Below the pieces are notes generated by a model. The model ran no database searches, was not told the DNA's origin, and was given only the letters and a program-made list of their open reading frames with translations. A DNA stretch of 64,000 nt, taken from an uncultured Chloroflexia bacterium (GTDB lineage Bacteria > Chloroflexota > Limnocylindria > Limnocylindrales > CSP1-4). The DNA lies in assembly GCA_963746865.1 (NCBI GenBank), contig CAVVDB010000003.1:513718-577717 (forward strand), in the 5' to 3' direction. Below, in pieces: positions 51,006-58,872 of the stretch. Both the position numbers and the translations under genes were made by a program. Every line of letters begins with the position of its first letter. Within the stretch, counting starts at the first letter, position 1.

Positions 51006-51563
51006 ATGATCAGCACCGGAGAACTGAAGAAGGGGGTCGCCATCGAGCTTGACGGTGAGCTTTGGCAGATCCTCGACTATCACCACATCAAGATGGGCCG
51101 CGGGTCGGCCCAGGTGCGCATCACACTGCGCAACATCAAGCGCGGCCAGACGGTGGAGCGCTCGTTCCAGGCCGGCACCAAGTGGCCGCGCGCCTCGATG
51201 GAGAAGCGACCCGTCCAGTTCCTCTACCGCGACGGCGACGACCACCACTTCATGGACAACGACACCTACGACCAGTTCGTCCTGACCACCGAGCAGCTCG
51301 GGGAATCGGCCCTGTACATGAAGGACGGGATGACCCTCGACCGGACCAGCTACCAGGGCGAGACGATCGGCGTGGAACTGCCGGTGACCGTCGACCTGTC
51401 GGTCGTGGACACGGAGCCCGGGTTCGCCGGCGACACGCAGACCGGCGCCCGCAAGCCGGCGACGACCGAGACCGGCCTCGTCGTCCAGGTCCCGATCTTC
51501 GTCGAGACCGGCGACACGATCCGCGTCGACACGCGGACCGGGGACTACCAGACCCGGGTCTGA
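51006..51563 (+). CDS. efp: Elongation factor P
   Basis: 185 aa with SD AGGAG 8 nt upstream. KKGVAIELDGELWQILDYHHIKMGRGSAQVR and three OB-like domains. Arg occupies the loop-tip position. Confidence 0.95.
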   Translation: MISTGELKKGVAIELDGELWQILDYHHIKMGRGSAQVRITLRNIKRGQTVERSFQAGTKWPRASMEKRPVQFLYRDGDDHHFMDNDTYDQFVLTTEQLGESALYMKDGMTLDRTSYQGETIGVELPVTVDLSVVDTEPGFAGDTQTGARKPATTETGLVVQVPIFVETGDTIRVDTRTGDYQTRV

Positions 51564-51571
51564 CCGACCCG

Positions 51572-53081
51572 ATGGACGACACCGACCCGCCGGACTGGGC
51601 CTTGCCGAGCTGGGATTCGATCACGGCGTCGGGTGGCGGTGGTCAGGGGCCTCTCGAGGCGGCGGCACGGGCGCCGTCGGCGCCGTCGGCGCCGTCGACG
51701 CCGTCGGCGCCCGGCACCGTTCGGCGTCCGGATCCTCGGCGTCAGCGAGGTCACCCGGGCCATCCGGGGAGCGGTTCGCGCGGATCCACGCCTTGCCGAC
51801 CTGTGGATCGAGGGTGAGATCGGCCGGGTCACGATCTCGTCGGCCGGCCACGCCTACTTCGCGCTCAAGGACGATCGCAATCAGCTCCAGTGCGTCTGGT
51901 TCCGCGATGACCGGCTGCGCTCGGCGTTCGAGGCGCAGGCCGGGCTGCGGGTCGTGGCCCACGGCCGGATCGACCTGTTCGAGCCGCAGGGCGCGCTCCA
52001 GCTCTACGTCGATTCGATCCAGCCGGCCGGGCTCGGCGACCTGACGCTCCGATTCGAGGCGCTGAAGGCGCGGCTTGCGGCCGAGGGACTGTTCGACGGG
52101 GGACGCAAGCGTCCGCTGCCGACCCGGCCGGCGACCATCGCCGTCGTCACCAGCCCGACGGGCGCGGTCTGGAAGGACATCTGCCAGGTGCTCGGGCGGC
52201 GCTGGCCGTTGACTCGGGTGATCCTCGTCGCGGCCCAGGTCCAGGGCGAGGCGGCGCCGGCCAGCCTCGTCGCAGCACTGCGCAAGGTCGAGCGCTACCG
52301 CGATGACCGGATCGCCGCCGGCCGGCCGGCCGATGCACCCGAGGTCACGATCGTCGCCCGGGGCGGCGGGTCGCTCGAGGACCTGTGGGCGTTCAACGAT
52401 GAGGCGGTCGTCCGAGCGGTGGTCGCCCACGGGGTGCCGGTCATCTCGGGGGTCGGGCATGAATCGGACGTGACCTTGGCCGACCTTGCGGCGGACGTCC
52501 GTGCGCCGACCCCATCGGCCGCCGCCGAGCTCGTCGTTCCGGATCGCGCCGAGTTCATCGCCGGCGTGCGCGGGGCGGGCCGGCGCCTCGATGGAGCCGC
52601 GACGACCAGATTGCGTGCCACGGCTCGCGAGGTCGTCGCCGAGCGGCGCGCGCTCGAGCGGCTGAGCCCGACCGCGCAGCTCGCGGCGGCGCGTGAGCGA
52701 GTCGGGCTCCTGCTCGACCGGGCGACCCGGGCCATCGATGCCGAGGTTTCGGGTCGTCGAAGGGTGGGGGAGCGCCTTGGGGCACGGCTCGCGCCGATCC
52801 TCCCCGGGCGACTGGCGCGTGACCGGGCACGTCTCGGGCGCGCCGGCGTCCTCGGCCCATTGGCGGCAGGCCGGGTCGCCTCGGCTCGGGGGTCCCTTGG
52901 CGCGGCCGGAGCGGCGCTCGCCGTCCTCGGGCCCCAGGCCACCCTCGACCGCGGCTACGCCATCGTGCGACGGGCCGACGATGGAGCGATCGTCCGCGAC
53001 CCGACCGAGGCGCCGCCGGGGTCGCGGCTGGCCCTGCGGGTCGCACGCGGCGAGCTGCCGGCCACGGCCGATGACCGATGA
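51572..53081 (+). CDS. xseA: Exodeoxyribonuclease VII large subunit; the 5' region frame is ambiguous
   Basis: The core from VSEVTRAIRGAV..LWIEGEIGRV..GHAYFALKD onward is intact in frame 0 (track ORF 51633..53081). The frame 0 N-terminus is a 13-Arg run created by the 9-bp repeat. Frame 2 from ATG 51572 gives MDDTDPPDWALPSW..APSAPSAPSTPSAPGT and joins frame 0 with one extra base near 51719. Confidence 0.8.
51671..51715 (+). repeat. Tandem 9-bp repeat (GCGCCGTCG x3, one variant ACGCCGTCG, one degenerate copy)
   Basis: The repeat can be read directly: 51671-79, 51680-88 and 51689-97 are identical; 51698-706 has one mismatch; 51707-15 is degenerate. It encodes APSAPSAPSTPSAP in frame 2 or poly-Arg in frame 0. 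Confidence 0.8.
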
Positions 53082-53100
53082 CGGGACTGGGCGAGCGTCG

Positions 53101-53247
53101 ATGGGCGAGCTGATCCCGGTGGTGATCTTCGGCCTCGTCGTGGCGGTCGTGGCGGTCGCCGGGGTCAAGCTTGGTATGCTCCTCGCCCCGCGGATCGACC
53201 GGCTGACGGAGCCCGGGGACGAGGAGCGACGTGCCGACGACGACTGA
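53101..53247 (+). CDS. Possible small membrane protein between xseA and xseB
   Basis: 48 aa (MGELIPVVIFGLVVAVVAVAGVKLGMLLAPRIDRL..) with one TM helix and an acidic tail. Support is weak because it is short and has no recognised homology. Confidence 0.3.
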   Translation: MGELIPVVIFGLVVAVVAVAGVKLGMLLAPRIDRLTEPGDEERRADDD

Positions 53248-53500
53248 CCCGCCGATCGATGGCCTGACCTTCGACGACGCGCTCGCGGAGCTGCAGAAGA
53301 CGGTCGCCGAGCTCGAGGCCGGCGGGCAGCCGCTCGAGGCCGCCATCGCCCTGTACGAGCGCGGGGTCGCCCTCCAGGCACGCTGCGAGAAGCTCCTCGC
53401 CGATGCCGAACTGCGTGTCCAGCAGCTCGTGGCACGGGCCGGCGGCGCCCTCGAGGTCCGTGATGTCCGCCCGGAGGACGCGACCGACGATCAGTCCTGA
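53231..53500 (+). CDS. xseB: Exodeoxyribonuclease VII small subunit
   Basis: 89 aa. FDDALAELQKTVAELEAGGQPLEAAIALYERGVALQARCEKLL is the typical XseB helix pair. SD GAGGAG lies upstream of GTG 53231. Confidence 0.85.
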   Translation: MPTTTDPPIDGLTFDDALAELQKTVAELEAGGQPLEAAIALYERGVALQARCEKLLADAELRVQQLVARAGGALEVRDVRPEDATDDQS

Positions 53501-54876
53501 GGCGGCCGGATCACCGCGGGCCCGATGTTGAGATTGAACCGGAAGCGATTCTCCGGGTCGTAGCTGGCCTTGATCTGCGCGAGCCGGCTGAAGCGCTCCG
53601 TGCCGAACGCCGCTCGCACGCGCTCGTTGGTCTCGTCGACCGGGGCATAGTTGGCGTAGCCGGCACCGCTGAACGATCCGACCGCGAGGCGGTCGACGGC
53701 GGTCCGCGACCAGGCGATCTGGAGGTCGTCCTCGGCGCGGTCGTCCCAGATCGCCAGGGCACTCGCGTTCCAGCGTCGCCCCGCGCTGGGCGAACGCGGT
53801 GCCGCCCTCGGGCTCCGGTCCGGCCGGCGCCGCGGATCGATTCGAGGAGGATCCCGCCGCGGCCGCCCGGATGCTCCGCCATCGACTCGACGACCGCGGC
53901 GATGATCGCCTCGTCGATGGCGCCCAGGAAATGGCCCTTCCAGTAGTGCCGCAACCCGAACGGCAGCGTGCCGTTCATCGCCTGGAGGGCCGGGTACGGC
54001 ATCGGACCGACGTCGTCGGAGCAGGACGGGCAGGCCCGACCGAAGCGGCGCGATGATGGCGTCGGCCTGGGCCGGGTCGCCGGCCCAGCAGAGGCCCAGC
54101 CCCACCACGGCGTCGGCCTCGGGATCCGAATCGTGTCGGCCGATCCAGGCCATCAGTTCGAGGCCGTCGGGAGCCGTCTCGGCGACCTCGGTCAGGCGTC
54201 GCATCACCTGCTTGACGGCGCCGATCGGGTAGTCGATCGAGCCGGCCACGATCGGGCCCGGGTCGCGGGCCTGGAACTCGAAGCTCGTGACCACGCCGAA
54301 GTTGCCGCCGCCGCCGCGCAGGGCCCACAGGAGGTCCGGGTCGCCGTCCGCGCCGGCCACGACGCGTTCGCCCGCGGCGGTGACCACCTCGGCGCGCACC
54401 AGGTTGTCGCAGGTGAAGCCCTGGACGCCCATCAGCCAGCCGATGCCGCCGTTGAGCGTCAGGCCGGCCACCCCGGTGTCGGAGAAGGTGCCACCGACGA
54501 CCGCGAGGCCGTGGGCCCAGGCGGCCGGGTCGAGGTCCTCCCACAGAGCGCCGCCGCCGACCCGGACGATCCCGCTCCGCGGATCGACGGCGACCTCCCG
54601 TCGATCACGCAGGTCGACCACCAGGGCCCCGTCCGCCATGGCGTGGCCGGCCACGCTGTGGCCGCCGCCGCGGATCGCGATCGGGAGCCCGAGGTCCCTG
54701 GCCGCGATGACCGCCGCCACGACGTCGTCGTCGGTGCGGACCCGGACGATGACCGCCGGCCGACGTTGGACGGTCGCGTTGAAGGTCATCCGGGCGGCGT
54801 CGTAGCCCGCGTCGGCGGCGGTGATGACGCGATCGCTGAGCCGTTCACGCAGGCGATCTACGACGAACCGGTCCAC
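53491..54876 (-). pseudogene. FAD-binding oxidoreductase (FAD_binding_4 / BBE-like); three +1 breaks that restore the original frame
   Basis: IAIRGGGHSVAGH and GGGGNFGVVTSFEF are present. The 461-aa ORF stays open, but about residues 275-355 are Arg/Pro nonsense. Conserved sequence lies in the +1 frame (PMPYPALQAMNGTLPFGLRHYWKGHFL..ILLESIRGA) and the +2 frame (GPEPEGGTAFAQRGA), then returns at NASALAIWDD. Breaks lie near 54035, 53826 and 53774. Confidence 0.75.
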
Positions 54877-54953
54877 GATCCCTCCCGATGCCGTCCCGCG
54901 TGTCGCGCGAAACGCGCGACCCCGGAGGGACAGGCTTACACTCTGCCGTTGAC

Positions 54954-54969
54954 GGCCATCGCGATGGCC
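54954..54969. promoter_or_regulatory. Perfect 16-bp palindrome GGCCATCGCGATGGCC in the divergent FAD-oxidoreductase/dxs intergenic region
   Basis: The palindrome can be read directly. It abuts a TTGACG hexamer (54949-54) and lies about 95 nt upstream of the dxs GTG. It is a candidate dimeric-regulator operator; its function is unknown. Confidence 0.35.
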
Positions 54970-55064
54970 ACCTGTCGCGAATCATCATCACACGCGGGTC
55001 GACCGACTCGTCAGCCGACAGAACGCCGGGACCATGCCGGCCCGACCCGAGGAGTCTCCGTTCC

Positions 55065-57086
55065 GTGCCGATCTTGCCGACCATCCAGGATCCCGCCGAC
55101 CTGCGCGGCCTCAACGAGGTCCAGCTGGCCCAGCTGGCGCTCGAGATCCGCGAGACCATCGTCGGGACGGTGGCGACCACCGGCGGGCATCTCGGGTCGT
55201 CGCTCGGCGTGGTCGAACTGACGATCGCGCTCCATCGGCTCCTTGAATCGCCGCGCGATCGCATCGTCTGGGACACCGGGCATCAGGCCTACCCGCACAA
55301 GCTCCTGACGGGCAGGCTGGAGCGCTTCGGGACGCTCCGCCAGCTCGACGGCGTCGGTGGGTTCCCGCGTCGGTCCGAATCGGCGCACGACGTGTTCGAT
55401 GGCGGTCATGCCGGGACGGGCCTGTCGATCGCGGAGGGGCTGGCGGAGGCGCGCGACCTGCGACACGGGATGGAGCGGATCGCGGTCGTGGTCGGGGATG
55501 CGGCGCTGATGAGCGGGTTGTCGCTGGAGGCGCTCAACGACATCGGCCATCGGAAGACGCAGATGCTCATCGTCCTCAACGACAACGAGATGTCGATCAG
55601 CCCGACCGTCGGGGCGTTTTCCAGGTACCTGTCGCAGATCAAGCTGTCCCGGACGTGGCGGCAGGGCAAGGGCGTATACGACCGCAACGTCGAGCGGATC
55701 CCAGTCATCGGCGCGACGGTCCTCGAATGGTCAAGGCGCTTCCGCAAGTCGGTCGTCAACTTCGCGCAACCGGGCCAGTTGTTCGAGGATCTCGGCGTCA
55801 CCTACATCGGGGTGGTCCCGGGACACGACATCCATGCCCTGCTCGAGACGCTGGGACGGGCGCTCGACCTGCCCGGTCCGACGATCGTCCACGTCCGAAC
55901 GCAGAAGGGCCGCGGCTTCCGGCCGGCCGAGGCCGACCAGGTCGGGTTCCACGGGGCGGCCCTGCCACCGATCGCGATGAAGACGCCGCTCCCCGTGAAC
56001 GGCGCCGGACCCGGGAATGGTGCGGCGGGCGCGATGCCGACCGAGTCGATGACCGACGATGCCGCCCCGCCGGCGCGCGTCGCCGAGGCGCCCAGGAAGA
56101 ATCCGAACTACACCGCCGTCTTCGCCGCGGAATTGATCGAGCTGGCCCGAGGCGACCGCCGGATCGTCGGCATCACCGCCGGGATGCCGACCGGGACCGG
56201 GATGTCGAAGTTCCAGGCCGAGTTCCCGGACCGGATGTTCGACGTCGGGATCGCCGAACAGCATTCCATGGCCCTCGCGACCGGTCTGGCGATGGGCGGG
56301 ATGCGGCCGGTGGTGGCGCTCTACTCGACGTTCCTCCAGCGGGCGTTCGATCAGACCGTGCATGACGTCTGCCAGAACGACCAGCCGGTGCTCATCGCGG
56401 TCGACCGTGCCGGACTCGTCGGGGAGGACGGGACGAGTCACCAGGGGATGTTCACCCTGCCGGCCCAGCGACAGTTGCCGAACCTGGTCATCGCCTCTCC
56501 CCGGGATGAGCAGGAGCTGCGGTCGCTCCTCCACACCGCGTTCAGCCAGGACCACCCGTTCGCCCTGCACTACCCGCGCGACGCCGGGTTCGGGCTGGCG
56601 CCGGTGACGCCGGCGGCCATCCCGGTCGGGCGTGGCGAGGTGCTGCGCGAGGGCCGTGACATCCTGTTCGTCGGCTTCGGGCCGATCGTGATGCGGGCCC
56701 TGGAGGCCGCCACCGAGCTGGAGGCCGAGGGCTGGTCGATCGGGGTCATCAACGCCCGCTTCGCGCGGCCACTGGACCGGCAGCTGATCCTCGATCAGGT
56801 CCGCGGCAAGCGGATGGTGGTGACCTTCGAGGAGAGCGTCGTGACCGGCGGGTTCGGGAGCGGCGTCCTCGAACTGATCGAGGAGGCCCGGCTGGCCGAT
56901 CCGGCCTATCGCGAGACCGCGGTCCGGATCATCGGCATCCCCGGCGAACGATTCGTCGATCACGGATCGGTCGCCGACCTGCGCCGCGTCCTCCGCCTCG
57001 ACTCGGCCGGTCTCGCCGCCCAGGTCCGCGAGGCCCTCGAGACATCGCGGGCCACCCCCGACCGCTCCGAGGTCCCTACCGGCTGA
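55065..57086 (+). CDS. dxs: 1-deoxy-D-xylulose-5-phosphate synthase
   Basis: GTG 55065 (GGAG about 10 nt upstream) lies inside track ORF 54888..57086. GGHLGSSLG, the GDGAL-like VVGDAALMSG and DVGIAEQH are present. The gene is intact. Confidence 0.95.
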   Translation: MPILPTIQDPADLRGLNEVQLAQLALEIRETIVGTVATTGGHLGSSLGVVELTIALHRLLESPRDRIVWDTGHQAYPHKLLTGRLERFGTLRQLDGVGGFPRRSESAHDVFDGGHAGTGLSIAEGLAEARDLRHGMERIAVVVGDAALMSGLSLEALNDIGHRKTQMLIVLNDNEMSISPTVGAFSRYLSQIKLSRTWRQGKGVYDRNVERIPVIGATVLEWSRRFRKSVVNFAQPGQLFEDLGVTYIGVVPGHDIHALLETLGRALDLPGPTIVHVRTQKGRGFRPAEADQVGFHGAALPPIAMKTPLPVNGAGPGNGAAGAMPTESMTDDAAPPARVAEAPRKNPNYTAVFAAELIELARGDRRIVGITAGMPTGTGMSKFQAEFPDRMFDVGIAEQHSMALATGLAMGGMRPVVALYSTFLQRAFDQTVHDVCQNDQPVLIAVDRAGLVGEDGTSHQGMFTLPAQRQLPNLVIASPRDEQELRSLLHTAFSQDHPFALHYPRDAGFGLAPVTPAAIPVGRGEVLREGRDILFVGFGPIVMRALEAATELEAEGWSIGVINARFARPLDRQLILDQVRGKRMVVTFEESVVTGGFGSGVLELIEEARLADPAYRETAVRIIGIPGERFVDHGSVADLRRVLRLDSAGLAAQVREALETSRATPDRSEVPTG

Positions 57087-57201
57087 CTGGCCCGGCGTGC
57101 CCGCCCCGAGTCCATCGTCCGGCGACTTACCCGCTCCGCGCCCCACCGGGTAGGGCGCGACAGGTGAGTCCCCGTGAAGCGGGCTGTGCCACGATAGGCG
57201 G

Positions 57202-58033
57202 GTGAGCCCCGCACCGACCCGCAAGCCCGCACGCGTCCGACTCGACCAGTTGCTGGTCGAGCGGGGCCTTGCCGAGTCGCGCAGTCGGGCGCAGGCGCTG
57301 GTCCTGGCCGGTGTCGTCAGGGTGGGGGAGGGCGATGCGGCCCGCGGCGATCGGAAGCCGGGCGACCTGCTACCGGCGGACATTCCGGTCGCCGTCACCC
57401 AGCGCGACCCGTATGTCAGCCGCGGCGGCCACAAGCTGGCAGCCGCCCTCGACGCGTTCGGGATCGACCCGACCGGGATGGTCGCCCTCGACGTCGGCGC
57501 CTCGACCGGCGGCTTCACCGACGTCCTGTTGCAGCGTGGCGCGAGCCGGGTCTACGCCCTGGATGTGGGTCGCGGGCAACTCGCCGACGTGCTCCGACGC
57601 GATCCGCGGGTCGTCTCGATGGAGCGGACCAACGCGCGGACGCTGGACGCGGCGACGCTCCCGGAGCCGGTGGACCTCGCGACCATCGACGTCTCGTTCA
57701 TCTCGCTGGCGCTCATCCTCGCGCCGGTCGCGGCGACCCTCGCCCCACGCGGCCAGGTCGTCGCGCTGGTGAAGCCCCAGTTCGAGGCGGGCAAGGGTCG
57801 CACCGATCATGGCGTCGTTCGCGATCCGGCCGTCCACCGCGAAGTCCTCGACCGAACGGTCGAGAACGCCCAGGCCGCGGGTCTCGGTGCGCGGGCGGTC
57901 ATCGCCTCGCCGATCACCGGCCCGGAGGGCAACCGCGAGTTCCTTCTCCATCTCGCGCCCGGACCGGGCTGCGCCGAGATCGGCGACGAGATCGCCGAGG
58001 TCGCCGCCACCGACCGGGAGCGCCAACCCATGA
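57202..58033 (+). CDS. tlyA: TlyA-family 16S/23S rRNA (cytidine-2'-O)-methyltransferase; its stop is apparently lost into nadK
   Basis: S4-like N-terminus (RLDQLLVERGLAESRSRAQALV) and the SAM motif LDVGASTGGFTD, then KPQFE. In the sequence as given, the frame runs straight into nadK (track ORF 57202..58872). Removing one C from CCC 58027-29 gives RQP* with an ATGA overlap. Confidence 0.8.
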
Positions 58034-58872
58034 CGGTGACCCGCATCGGCTTCGCCTACAACCCGACGATCGAGGCGGCCGTCGAGCTCAGCGCCCGCGC
58101 CGCCGGCTGGTGCCAGATGCGTGGGATCGGGGAGTGGCAACTCCCCTCGGGCGACACCCCGGCACTCGTCCGCGAGCTCCCGACGACCGACATCCTCGTC
58201 GTCCTCGGTGGCGACGGCACGTTCCTGCGCGCCGCGATGGCCGTCACGGAAGTGGACGTCCCGTTGATCGGGATCAACCTGGGCAAGGTCGGCTTCCTGT
58301 CGAAGGCGGAGGCCGGCGACATGGAGGCGGTCCTCGCCGCGATCGAGGCGGGCGACTACACGATCGAGGAACGGATGGTCATCGAGAGCCGGATCATCCG
58401 CGGCGGCGCCGCGACCGGGCAGCGGCTGGTGGCCCTCAACGACATCGTGGTCGCGCGCGGCTCGCTCGCCCGCGTCTGCCGGCTCGACGTCTCGATCGAC
58501 GGCTCGCATCTCGCGACCTTCATCGCCGACGGCCTCGTCGTGGCCAGCCCGACCGGGTCGACCGGCTACTCCTTCTCGGCCGGCGGTCCGATCCTCGATC
58601 CCGGCAGCCGCAACCTCATCGTGACCCCGATCGCCGCCTACCTGTCGGCCATCCGCTCGGTCGTGGTCGGTCCGAGCCAGGTCGTCCGATGCACGGTCGT
58701 CGACGCGTTCGAGGCGCTCGTCTCGGTCGACGGACGCGAGGACCTCCCGCTGGCCGTCGGCGACATCGTCGAGGTCCGCGCCCTGGAACGCCCGATCCGG
58801 CTCGTCGTCCCCAGGGGCGCGCAGCCCTTCTGGGACCTCCTCCGCCACAAGGTGGCGCTGCTGCCGTCGTGA
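58030..58872 (+). CDS. nadK: NAD kinase
   Basis: An internal ATG at 58030 is preceded by GGGAG 9 nt upstream. VVLGGDGTFLRAA, NLGKVGFL and ASPTGSTGYSFSAGGP are NAD kinase motifs. Confidence 0.85.
   Translation: MTVTRIGFAYNPTIEAAVELSARAAGWCQMRGIGEWQLPSGDTPALVRELPTTDILVVLGGDGTFLRAAMAVTEVDVPLIGINLGKVGFLSKAEAGDMEAVLAAIEAGDYTIEERMVIESRIIRGGAATGQRLVALNDIVVARGSLARVCRLDVSIDGSHLATFIADGLVVASPTGSTGYSFSAGGPILDPGSRNLIVTPIAAYLSAIRSVVVGPSQVVRCTVVDAFEALVSVDGREDLPLAVGDIVEVRALERPIRLVVPRGAQPFWDLLRHKVALLPS

Noticed and set aside
51671-51715. A short tandem repeat as a possible CRISPR or minisatellite locus
   Set aside because: The unit is only 9 bp with no spacers, and it lies inside the xseA 5' coding region. 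It is a coding microsatellite-like repeat, not a CRISPR array.
57087-57201. The 115-nt dxs-tlyA intergenic region as a riboswitch or small RNA
   Set aside because: Only short alternative hairpins are present (TACCCG/CGGGTA, CGCGCC/GGCGCG). I could not match any known motif by eye and there is no terminator-like T-run, so the evidence is insufficient.
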